Below, piece by piece: positions 53,983 to 62,198 of a stretch of DNA of 64,000 nucleotides. The stretch spans positions 21,135 through 85,134 of the forward strand of contig CAKQRE010000016.1 in the NCBI GenBank assembly GCA_934271265.1, in the 5' to 3' direction. The translations under genes were made by a program, and so were the position numbers. Under the pieces are notes generated by a model. That model was not told the origin of the DNA and did not search any database. It was given only the letters and a program-made list of their open reading frames with translations. The DNA comes from an uncultured Clostridia bacterium. GTDB taxonomy: Bacteria > Bacillota > Clostridia > Christensenellales > Borkfalkiaceae. Numbering within the stretch: the stretch's first letter is position 1; every line of letters starts with the position of its first letter.

Positions 53983-55512
53983 TTAATGCAAATAAAAAGG
54001 AACCGCGGGTTCGACCACGGTTCCTTTTGGTGGACACATTGGTAAGATGTCCGAACAATTAGCGTAATTATTATCCCGACTATCGGTATCGTCCGAATCG
54101 TCGGGATTTTTGCGTTCCGTGAAGTTGAAATATATCTCGATTTTATCGTCATATACGATAATACTTTTAACGAGAATATGAAGTAAGAAACGCGGTTCTT
54201 GTCGCAATGAGTGCGTCAGATATTCAACGATTTCCTGTTTCGTCAATCTTTGGCTTTCACCATATTGTGCGATTACAATTTTATCGTTAAGCGTTTGTTT
54301 GCGTTCTTCCAACTCTTTCATACGGCGTTGAGTAGTTTCGGTTATAATACCTTGCTCGATGGCTCGCATAATGTTATCGAGTGCTTTTTGTACTTCGTCG
54401 CGGTCGCGTTTCAGCAAATCGACGACGGAATGTTCTTTTAATTTATCGTTATAGACAGCCATTACACAATCGGCAAGATAATTTATACGACTTTCAGTAC
54501 CGAAAACTTTGATAATGATTTCCAGAATTAAATTCTCAAATTCATCTTTTTTCAAGACGGAAGCGTGGCAAATATGCTTTTTCTTTCTGCCCATACATTT
54601 GTAGTAGTAAAATTTCGTTCCGTTTTTGCTCGTGCCGCTATCTCCTTGATAATGAGTGCCGCAACAGCCGCAAGTGATTTTGTTTCTTAACAGGAAAAGC
54701 GATTCAGGGCTACGCGAGCCGATTTTGTTTGCCGCAAGAATTGCTTGAACGCCGTCGAAAACTTCTTTGTCTACAATTTGCGGGTAGATATTGTCATAAA
54801 CTCCGTCGTCGTACCTTGCGATACCTACATATTTTTCTAATCGAAGAAAGTTGTAAATAGTGTTTTCGGCAAACGGTTTTCCGCGATACAAAATTCCTTG
54901 TTCGGTAAGGTTGTTAATAATCTCTCTTACGATTTTACCCGAAAAATATTCTTTGAAAATATATCTGACAACGTTTGCCTGTTCTTCGTTTATGAAAACT
55001 CGTTTATCCTTGTAGTAATAACCGTATGGCGGTCTGCCGCCGCTACAAAACCCTTTTTGACGGCTTTCGTGCAAACCGCGGCGTATTTTTTGCGAAAGTT
55101 CGGCGGAATAGTATTCAGCCAACCCGATATACATATTTTCGAGTATGATACCGTCGAGGTTTTTCGTTCCGTCGATATTTTCGCTCATTCTTTGTGTGGC
55201 AGATATAAGCATTTTCTTGTTCTTTTTCAATTTTTGCTTGTTGACGGCGATTTCGATAGAATTTCTACCGAAACGGTCGATAGCGTAAACAAGAACGATA
55301 TCCCACATAACGGGTTTTTCGGCGTCTTTCAGCATTTGTTGAAACGCGGGACGGTTGTCGTTTGTTCCCGTCATAGCCCTGTCGATATAAGTATCGAGGA
55401 CTTGCAATCCGTTTTGTTTTGCAAAATCGTTGCATATTCGCAACTGACCTTCGATGGATTGCTCGGTTTGTCGCTCACTTGAATAGCGGGCGTAAATTAC
55501 ACAATTTTTCAT
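53983..55512 (-). CDS. large serine recombinase
   Basis: MKNCVIYARYSSERQTEQSIEGQ resolvase catalytic-Ser region, recombinase domain and zinc ribbon CGCCG...YYYKC. 509 aa. Confidence 0.9.
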   Translation of the reverse strand: MKNCVIYARYSSERQTEQSIEGQLRICNDFAKQNGLQVLDTYIDRAMTGTNDNRPAFQQMLKDAEKPVMWDIVLVYAIDRFGRNSIEIAVNKQKLKKNKKMLISATQRMSENIDGTKNLDGIILENMYIGLAEYYSAELSQKIRRGLHESRQKGFCSGGRPPYGYYYKDKRVFINEEQANVVRYIFKEYFSGKIVREIINNLTEQGILYRGKPFAENTIYNFLRLEKYVGIARYDDGVYDNIYPQIVDKEVFDGVQAILAANKIGSRSPESLFLLRNKITCGCCGTHYQGDSGTSKNGTKFYYYKCMGRKKKHICHASVLKKDEFENLILEIIIKVFGTESRINYLADCVMAVYNDKLKEHSVVDLLKRDRDEVQKALDNIMRAIEQGIITETTQRRMKELEERKQTLNDKIVIAQYGESQRLTKQEIVEYLTHSLRQEPRFLLHILVKSIIVYDDKIEIYFNFTERKNPDDSDDTDSRDNNYANCSDILPMCPPKGTVVEPAVPFYLH

Positions 55513-55545
55513 TTCGATTGTTCCTTTTCTATTTTTTTTGTTTCA

Positions 55546-55588
55546 AGTATAAACCTGCAATTATTCAATAGCCAGAACCACGGCGTGC
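55546..55588 (-). promoter_or_regulatory. element-specific promoter-like motif, copy C (upstream of the recombinase)
   Basis: Minus strand: CACGCCGTGGTTCTGG, 21-nt spacer, TATACT. It lies 34 nt upstream of ATG 55512. Confidence 0.5.
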
Positions 55589-55811
55589 CGAATTTGTATC
55601 GAATTTGTCCGTCTATAAATTCCGAACGTGAACGGATACAAGCAGTATTGAAACCGCAAAGCGGTATATTTGAAACTTTTTTTGTCGATTTGTCTTTTTT
55701 CTTTCGACACCCCGAACTCAATCGGGAAAGCAACGCAGTCTGTCAAGGAAAAAGAAAAAAATATTGCGTTTTTATTTTTCCTTTTAATGTTTTACGCGAT
55801 AATTTTTTCCC

Positions 55812-55839
55812 TTGACAGCAAGTGCTTTTCTGATACGAT
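55812..55839 (+). promoter_or_regulatory. sigma-70 promoter (TTGACA-16-TGaTACGAT)
   Basis: Consensus -35 and an extended -10. It would give a ~255-nt leader before ORF 56098. Confidence 0.45.
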
Positions 55840-56023
55840 CCAACCCAAAAATAGAGAAAGAAAAAGTGTAAGTCGTAAAGTTGTCCGAGAAAACAAACGG
55901 CAAATCTTCTCGTTTCGATAATGGTTACATTGAAATCACAATCGGGTTACGTTCGTGTTTGTTTCAGGTTGCCATAGAGTTGCTTTTATCTCGCGTTTCC
56001 GTTACAAAGAAGTCCTTTTTGCT

Positions 56024-56065
56024 CACGCCGATGTTCTGGTTTTTCAAAGAAACACGGTGTATAGT
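56024..56065 (+). promoter_or_regulatory. element-specific promoter-like motif, copy A
   Basis: CACGCCGATGTTCTGG, 20-nt spacer, TATAGT. It lies 32 nt upstream of ATG 56098 (RBS AAGGAGG). Confidence 0.5.
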
Positions 56066-56097
56066 GGTGGCAGAAAACAAAAAGGAGGTAACGTCGG

Positions 56098-56286
56098 ATG
56101 AAAGAAATCGTATTGAACGATAATCCAACGAAAAAACGTATCTATATCGAAAACACTGAACCGGATTTCTCAAAAATACCGAAAAAAGATATAGATTTAT
56201 TCGTTTCGTTGTTAGGCAATAAAATGTACGAACATTTCAAAAACCGTCGAAAGCATAAATCGAGAGATTCCCCACGAAACGCGTAA
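56098..56286 (+). CDS. hypothetical small protein
   Basis: 62 aa with a strong RBS AAAAGGAGG 7 nt upstream. Confidence 0.45.
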   Translation: MKEIVLNDNPTKKRIYIENTEPDFSKIPKKDIDLFVSLLGNKMYEHFKNRRKHKSRDSPRNA

Positions 56287-56351
56287 AACAAACGACCTGT
56301 GCATAAATTCGTACACCCTGAAAAATTTCACGAAAACGGGCTTACTACTCC

Positions 56352-56380
56352 TTGACAATATGAATTGAAACGAGTATAAT
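56352..56380 (+). promoter_or_regulatory. consensus sigma-70 promoter of the LexA-like gene
   Basis: TTGACA, 17-nt spacer, TATAAT. An imperfect palindrome GAAATATATGTTTC (56395-56408) lies downstream. Confidence 0.55.
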
Positions 56381-56430
56381 AAAAACACTTAAATGAAATA
56401 TATGTTTCAGATAGGTTGTGGGGTTCTTTT

Positions 56431-57036
56431 ATGCGCAGTAAGAACGAAGAAGTCTTAAACAGAATAATCGAGATAATAAACAACAGTTATTTTCAAGAAA
56501 GCGAAACGCCTTCGATGAAAGAAATTGCCGACGAATTGAATATAAGCGTGCCTACCGTATGCAGATATATCACCGAACTTATAGAACGCGGCGAGATTGA
56601 AAAAAGCAGTAGATTTCGCGGAGTTCAGACGGCAAAGATAGCAAGGCTAAAAGCGGAAGCGAAATGCCCCGTTGTAGGCGAGATTGCTTGCGGCGTACCT
56701 TTATTGGCAGAAGAAAATATCGAATCGTATATTACTCTTTCGCGGGAATATTTAGGTTCGGGCAAATTTTTTATTCTGCGAGCGAAAGGCAACAGTATGA
56801 TAAACGCAGGCATATCCGACGGCGATTTAGTGGTGGTAAGGCAACAGGAAACAGCCGAAGAAGGTCAAATCGTAGTTGCTCTTATCGACAACGAAGCGAC
56901 TTTAAAACGCTATTATCTCGATAATCGGCATAAACGCATTCGATTACACCCTGAAAACGATAAAATGGAAGATATGTTTTATGAAACGATTTCCATTCAA
57001 GGCGTTGCGGTCAAGGTTATAAAAGACTTACAATAA
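56431..57036 (+). CDS. LexA-like S24 peptidase repressor
   Basis: N-terminal wHTH (SMKEIADELNISVPTVCRYITELIERGEI). Hinge PVVGEIACGVPLLA. S24 catalytic GNSM (Ser) and TLKRYY (Lys). 201 aa from ATG 56431. Confidence 0.8.
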   Translation: MRSKNEEVLNRIIEIINNSYFQESETPSMKEIADELNISVPTVCRYITELIERGEIEKSSRFRGVQTAKIARLKAEAKCPVVGEIACGVPLLAEENIESYITLSREYLGSGKFFILRAKGNSMINAGISDGDLVVVRQQETAEEGQIVVALIDNEATLKRYYLDNRHKRIRLHPENDKMEDMFYETISIQGVAVKVIKDLQ

Positions 57037-57186
57037 TTTTGGTAATAATCCGAGCGGAATGCCCCGTCCGCAATGATTTTTTACAGGTACAAAAGATGAT
57101 TTACCGCGATAACGGATTTCCCGACCGTATCAAGCAGTAAATCAAATACAAATCTTTATGTGCTATGGGAAAAAAGGAGTATATGT

Positions 57187-57384
57187 ATGCAAAATACGAC
57201 TTTCAAACGCGGCTCTGCCGGACTAAGAAAGGAATGTCCGGACTGTCACAGGTATTTTACGGCACAACTTAATGCAGACGGCGATTACGTCGGCAAGTGT
57301 CCGTTTTGCGGCTCGTGGTATTTCGAGCAATTCAGAAAGAACGAGCATTTTATAAAAACGGTACGCAAAAATACGAATTTTTAA
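57187..57384 (+). CDS. zinc-ribbon small protein
   Basis: CPDC...CPFC pairs. RBS AAGGAG 7 nt upstream of ATG 57187. Confidence 0.45.
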   Translation: MQNTTFKRGSAGLRKECPDCHRYFTAQLNADGDYVGKCPFCGSWYFEQFRKNEHFIKTVRKNTNF

Positions 57385-57603
57385 CAACTAAATTAAAAAA
57401 CGAAAACGTCTATCCCGACAAAGCGAGGTCGAACTGAAACAGCGTTCAAGATAAAGCCTTGTTCCCCGTCGGAATAGGTAAGATTCGATAGGAGAAAATG
57501 TCCCCGAACCGAATGTAAACCTTTGAAAAAGTTTACAAACCGCGCGGGGGCATTTTTTATGCTCCGGGGCGGAAAAATCTGAATTTTCAGGAGCATTTTA
57601 TAT

Positions 57604-57903
57604 ATGAAAAGTTTTGAAGCAATCCGAGAAGATTTGCGAAACATAAGGTATTACTACTCGCGTAAAGAACAGATGAGCGCGACGGCAAAAATAGTGGGCG
57701 AAAGCAATGTTTTGAAAACGGTAAATGAATATAACGAAATAGTCTGCCAAGCGCCGCCCAAACTTTATGAATTATATTTTTGTATGTATGTAGAAAACAA
57801 AACACAGGAATCGGCAGCCGAAGAATTCGGTTATGCCCGCGAACACGTTACAAGGCTGAACAAACAGTTGTTACGTTTTATCCAAAATCATTTAGCAGCA
57901 TAA
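57604..57903 (+). CDS. sigma region-4 / ArpU-RinA-like transcriptional regulator
   Basis: 99 aa. C-terminal KTQESAAEEFGYAREHVTRLNKQLLRFI is a region-4-type HTH. Confidence 0.5.
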   Translation: MKSFEAIREDLRNIRYYYSRKEQMSATAKIVGESNVLKTVNEYNEIVCQAPPKLYELYFCMYVENKTQESAAEEFGYAREHVTRLNKQLLRFIQNHLAA

Positions 57904-57918
57904 AGGAGATGAAAAACC

Positions 57919-58167
57919 ATGAAAAATTTAATACCGTATTTTGTTATCGGCGCAGATAACGTTTACAGAACGAAACATTATATCGTAAAGCAAAGTATCA
58001 AAAAGATCGAACATTTAACGGAAGATAATATGCTCGTCAGCCATGACACGTTTTATTTAAGAACGCCGCATAGGGATATGCTTTACAATATGTACTACGC
58101 AGACAAGAAAAATAAAAACGGCAAAAGATTTCCGTATACGACTTACACGCGAAGGTATGTCAACTAA
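57919..58167 (+). CDS. hypothetical protein
   Basis: 82 aa, RBS AAGGAG, followed by a terminator. Confidence 0.4.
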   Translation: MKNLIPYFVIGADNVYRTKHYIVKQSIKKIEHLTEDNMLVSHDTFYLRTPHRDMLYNMYYADKKNKNGKRFPYTTYTRRYVN

Positions 58168-58169
58168 CG

Positions 58170-58198
58170 AAAAGCAAGGCTTAACCGCCTTGCTTTTT
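58170..58198 (+). terminator. rho-independent terminator
   Basis: AAAAGCAAGGC-ttaacc-GCCTTGCTTTT. Confidence 0.7.
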
Positions 58199-58305
58199 CT
58201 ATGCCTAAATTGCTATGTTTCGTTGTGGTTACATTTATGTTCCAAGCCACCGTTTTCCCTGTTACAATCGCGTTTTTTGGCGGTTGCAAAGATGTCCTTT
58301 TTGCT

Positions 58306-58347
58306 CACGCGGGTGTTCTGGCTTTTTGAGTTTTCGGGGTTTATACT
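58306..58347 (+). promoter_or_regulatory. element-specific promoter-like motif, copy B
   Basis: CACGCGGGTGTTCTGG, 20-nt spacer, TATACT. It sits between the terminator and the operon starting at 58561. Confidence 0.5.
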
Positions 58348-58560
58348 GTATGCGTAATCGAAAGCGAGAACAGATTTCCGACTGTTGCTTGCGGACTTTT
58401 GCAAAGATAAAGGCGGCCGCCTTCCGACAATAAGTCGCACGAAGCAGAACGTTTCAAAACTCGTAAAGATTACAAAAAGTACAATTTAATATTTTTTCAT
58501 TCGCTGCGCTAACGGCAACACGGGCAAATTACAAAAATCTAAATTATAGGGAGTTTACAA

Positions 58561-58872
58561 ATGGCAAAAGAAAGCAAAGCCGCTGCTAACAAAGGCGGCG
58601 AAAAAAGAGAACGCAGGTGGAGCGTGCCTACAAAACGCGCCAAAGGTTACGCGGAAGAACGCAAGGCAAAAGTCCATCAGCACGGAGAAAAAGAAGGTAA
58701 AGAACTTACCGACTACGAGGCAGGTCTTCGCTCCGGTTATTTACAATGTCAGAGTGACCATAGCGGACTGTACAAGTACAAAAAGGCGCTCGACGAAGGC
58801 AAAAGCAAAGAAGAAGCAACAAGAATTTCCAGAGAAATCGGAAGCAAAAAAACAAATCACAAGGAGAAATAA
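58561..58872 (+). CDS. basic hypothetical protein
   Basis: 103 aa, K/R/E-rich, RBS AGGGAG. Confidence 0.5.
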   Translation: MAKESKAAANKGGEKRERRWSVPTKRAKGYAEERKAKVHQHGEKEGKELTDYEAGLRSGYLQCQSDHSGLYKYKKALDEGKSKEEATRISREIGSKKTNHKEK

Positions 58873-58876
58873 AAAT

Positions 58877-59230
58877 ATGGCAGAAAACAAAATTAAAAAC
58901 CCTATCAAGGTTGAAAGAGAAACTTTTGAAATGGACGACAAACAGTATTTTTCTTACTTTATCAGGGGAACGGTTCGCGGTAAAGACGTAAAAGTTGCAA
59001 TCGTACCCCCTGATAAGGGCGGTTACGTTGTGTTGGATATCGTATTTGACGGAGCAATGGAAGCCGAACTCGTTGTTATTCCTTACGAAATGAAGGATGA
59101 TAACGGCAAAACGATTAAAGGCAACACCTATGCGGTTCGTTCTTACGACGATGACGGTACAGTTTACGAATGTAAAGTAAAACCCTTCCGTTATTCCGAC
59201 AAAAACATTCTCGATATGCTTTTGAGGTAA
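58877..59230 (+). CDS. hypothetical protein
   Basis: ATG 58877 follows AAGGAG (58861-66). 117 aa, predicted mostly beta. The ORF-track upstream extension overlaps the previous gene. Confidence 0.5.
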   Translation: MAENKIKNPIKVERETFEMDDKQYFSYFIRGTVRGKDVKVAIVPPDKGGYVVLDIVFDGAMEAELVVIPYEMKDDNGKTIKGNTYAVRSYDDDGTVYECKVKPFRYSDKNILDMLLR

Positions 59231-59262
59231 TTATAAAAATAAAAAAAGAGAGGTAAAACGAA

Positions 59263-60369
59263 ATGAAAAATAATAAACTTTTCAAAATTCTTATGAGTGG
59301 AACGCTCTGTATCGCAGCCGTAGTCGGAAGCGTTTTCGGACTTGTGGCTTGCGGAAATAAAAACGACGATTCTTCGCAAAAGTCGGCGTATAAGCCGATT
59401 ATCGACGATATTGTCGGTGAAGCAGATAATGAAAATGGCGTCGGCAATGTGGATTATGACATAGGCAATACGCCCAACATTAAACTTATGGCAGTAAGAA
59501 AGTTTGCCGCTAACGGAAGTCTTGAAGAAAGTGAACTCGAAGTAGCGGCAACGATTACGCCTGAAAACGCCACGAACAAGGCTGTTGATTGGAGCGTTGC
59601 GTTCCAGAATGCAAGTTCCGCGTGGGCAAGCGGTAAAAACGTTAGCGATTACGTTACGGTAACACCCGATTCAGACGGTTCGCTTAAAGCGACGGTTAAA
59701 AATCTTAAAGCGTTCGGCGAAAAAATCGTCGTTACGGTAACGTCGAGGGCAAATGCGGCTGTGAAAGCGACTATCGTCTGCGATTACAACAGAAAAGTTA
59801 CGGCTATTTCTTCCGCAAACCTTGTAAAAGGCGGCGCGTCGGTTGCATTTAACAATATCGTGATAGGCGGACTCGGCAATGCAAGCGACAACGCGGCATA
59901 CACCATAGGTCATACTTCCGCATTTTCGGATTATACGGTAGCGGGAACGGAAAAAATTACGAGCAAAATCAAGTTCAACGACGCTTTCGTTGACGGCGTA
60001 AAGACCTTGCTTGCAACCGAATATAAAACCGTTTGGGAAGATTGTATGAGAACGGCTTCCGCAGTGGATAAAACCGCATACGATTTCTCTACTATGGCAG
60101 GTTTAATGCTGACGAAAGACAACTCTACCGCAACCAAGAATAAGTTGGCCGCAGGCGTTCTGAACGCTTGTATGGTAGCGGTGGATTCGTGGATAAAGGC
60201 TAATCCTACCACGGCTTTTGCGACCGTTACGGTAAAATCGGATATGCTTAACGCTTCTAACGTAAGTTATCAGGATATATCCAAAGATTTCTCGCTTATG
60301 TTTGCGGCAAACGGACATTATATCCCCGTAACCGGCGTAACCGTAACTCCGGAAACTATTATCTGGTAA
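59263..60369 (+). CDS. lipoprotein with Big_2-like Ig domain
   Basis: Lipobox GLVAC. ATITPENATNKAVDWSV...VTVTPDSDGSLKATV resembles bacterial Ig-like group 2. Confidence 0.6.
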   Translation: MKNNKLFKILMSGTLCIAAVVGSVFGLVACGNKNDDSSQKSAYKPIIDDIVGEADNENGVGNVDYDIGNTPNIKLMAVRKFAANGSLEESELEVAATITPENATNKAVDWSVAFQNASSAWASGKNVSDYVTVTPDSDGSLKATVKNLKAFGEKIVVTVTSRANAAVKATIVCDYNRKVTAISSANLVKGGASVAFNNIVIGGLGNASDNAAYTIGHTSAFSDYTVAGTEKITSKIKFNDAFVDGVKTLLATEYKTVWEDCMRTASAVDKTAYDFSTMAGLMLTKDNSTATKNKLAAGVLNACMVAVDSWIKANPTTAFATVTVKSDMLNASNVSYQDISKDFSLMFAANGHYIPVTGVTVTPETIIW

Positions 60370-60375
60370 TAGATT

Positions 60376-60558
60376 ATGAGAAAATCTATGGCAGGGCGAA
60401 GTGTTCTTCGCAACATAATTACGGTGGTAATGTCGCTGTCCGTAGTCGTTCTGGCAAGCGGAGCGTTTGCCTTTCTTGCCAAGAAAGTATGGTCTCCTTC
60501 GGATAACGAAATTCCGGTTAAAGAAATAATCGTCGATACGTTGACGATAGATTTTTAG
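60376..60558 (+). CDS. small single-pass membrane protein
   Basis: 60 aa with a TM segment IITVVMSLSVVVLASGAFAFL. Weak RBS. Confidence 0.35.
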   Translation: MRKSMAGRSVLRNIITVVMSLSVVVLASGAFAFLAKKVWSPSDNEIPVKEIIVDTLTIDF

Positions 60559-60622
60559 CCAAAGTAAAGGGGGCTTGAAATACAGTCCCCTTTAAATAAA
60601 AAATAAATTATGGAGGTATTAA

Positions 60623-62185
60623 ATGCAAAACTTAAAACACGGCGAATATGCCGTTAATCGACATATAGCCGCACTTATAACGTTTATTCTGCTTATAACG
60701 AGTATCCTTACGATATTCGCCTCTTGCGAGAAAACGGAAGAAAAATCAACGATTCAGAACAACGATTTAGCATTTGAAGATAACAGCCTTAATGCGAATA
60801 TGTTGTTTTCGCCTATTAAACTGAATGCGGCAGATTCTTTGGCTTTGGCTTCTTACACCGTTAAAGCAACAATTCAGCCCGCAACGGCAAGTAATCAACA
60901 GGTGGATTGGAAAGTTGAATGGGCGTTTAACGCGACGTTAAAAAATCAAAAGATAAGCGATTATCTTTCCGTAACGCCCGACAGCGACGGTTCGCTTTCG
61001 GCAAGAGTCGATTGTTATAAATCGTTCATAGGAAATACTGCTGTATTGTCTGCAACGACGAGGAATGGCAAAATAAAAGGAACTTGCAATATCGTGTTCA
61101 TAGGTAAAGCAACGGACATTGCCGTTGAAAGCAAGACTGTTAAAAAATCGACAACTGAACGCGGTGAATATTACGAGGTTTACCCTAATAAAACGCATAC
61201 GTTCGATATAAATCTCTCAAATATATTCAACAGCGTTGCCTCACCGAAATTTACCGTAACGCGAGGCGGTAACGGTTCTGTGTATTTCGGAACGGAATAT
61301 GCAGCCCCCGACATAACGTCTTACAAAGATATAACGAAAAAAAACATAAATGAATTCGCGGACAGGTTTATAACTTCGGCAAGCGTTTCCGGTTCTACTC
61401 TCACCATAAAAACCGGCGATAAAAAACTTGAAGAATTTTATTCTTCGTCGCAGCCCGACGGCGCGTTATGGGGAACTACATATTACGACAGATATATCGA
61501 AGTCGATGAATTTGATTTACTTATGGATGACGAATACGATAAAAAAGCCGAGCAAAACGTGCAATTGCTCAAATCCTGTTATTTTTATGTAACCGTAAAA
61601 GACGAAGTGAGCGGACTTTCCGAAACGATAAAATTATTCTTTGTGGACGCCCCGAAACCGCTTATAAATTATACAACCGATTTAACGCCTACGACGACAG
61701 CCGAACGCGGAACGTTTTATCAATTACAGCCGAAAAAGACTTACACGTTTAATCTTTCGGTTGAAAATGCGGAAAACCCGACATTCTCCGCTGTCAGAAC
61801 GGGTACGGGAAACGTATATTTCGGTACGGAGTATGCTGCTGCGGATGTTACCACGTTTTCGGACATTACAAAGAAAAATCTTAATTCTTTGGTAAATCAG
61901 TTTATCACATCGGCTACGATCTCAAACGGAGTTCTTACCATAACTACGGGAGATAAAGATCTGAACAGTTATTATTCGTCATCTAAAATGGACGACGCTA
62001 TGTGGGGGACATCGTATTATGACAGATATGTTTTCGAGGATGAATTCGATATGGTCGGCGGAACGGACTTTGCCGAAAAATCCAAAGAAAACATAGAACT
62101 TGTGAAGTCGTGTTATTTTTCGGTCACGATAGTCGTAAAAAGCGACGGCGTAAGTTCTTCGAAAGCAATCAGATTCTTTATATAA
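60623..62185 (+). CDS. lipoprotein with a Big_2-like domain and an internal ~180-aa tandem duplication
   Basis: Lipobox IFASC. ATIQPATASNQQVDWKV...VTPDSDGSLSARV. Residues ~178-345 and ~360-520 are clear repeats (..ERG.(Y/F)Y...P.KT(H/Y)TF...NVYFGTEYAA.D(I/V)T...DITKKN...). Confidence 0.6.
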   Translation: MQNLKHGEYAVNRHIAALITFILLITSILTIFASCEKTEEKSTIQNNDLAFEDNSLNANMLFSPIKLNAADSLALASYTVKATIQPATASNQQVDWKVEWAFNATLKNQKISDYLSVTPDSDGSLSARVDCYKSFIGNTAVLSATTRNGKIKGTCNIVFIGKATDIAVESKTVKKSTTERGEYYEVYPNKTHTFDINLSNIFNSVASPKFTVTRGGNGSVYFGTEYAAPDITSYKDITKKNINEFADRFITSASVSGSTLTIKTGDKKLEEFYSSSQPDGALWGTTYYDRYIEVDEFDLLMDDEYDKKAEQNVQLLKSCYFYVTVKDEVSGLSETIKLFFVDAPKPLINYTTDLTPTTTAERGTFYQLQPKKTYTFNLSVENAENPTFSAVRTGTGNVYFGTEYAAADVTTFSDITKKNLNSLVNQFITSATISNGVLTITTGDKDLNSYYSSSKMDDAMWGTSYYDRYVFEDEFDMVGGTDFAEKSKENIELVKSCYFSVTIVVKSDGVSSSKAIRFFI

Positions 62186-62198
62186 GGCGGTGACGGAT

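Noticed and set aside
53993-54028. GGTTCGA-containing hairpin that looked like a tRNA T-arm, a possible tRNA integration target.
   Set aside because: The stem and loop geometry (9-bp stem, 12-nt loop) does not fit a T-arm. No acceptor, D or anticodon arms lie nearby.
55513-56097. Several 60-83-aa ORFs on both strands in the recombinase-upstream region.
   Set aside because: They have no RBSs, their homopolymer A/T tracts give Lys/Phe-rich junk translations, and the region is better explained by divergent promoters and motifs A and C.
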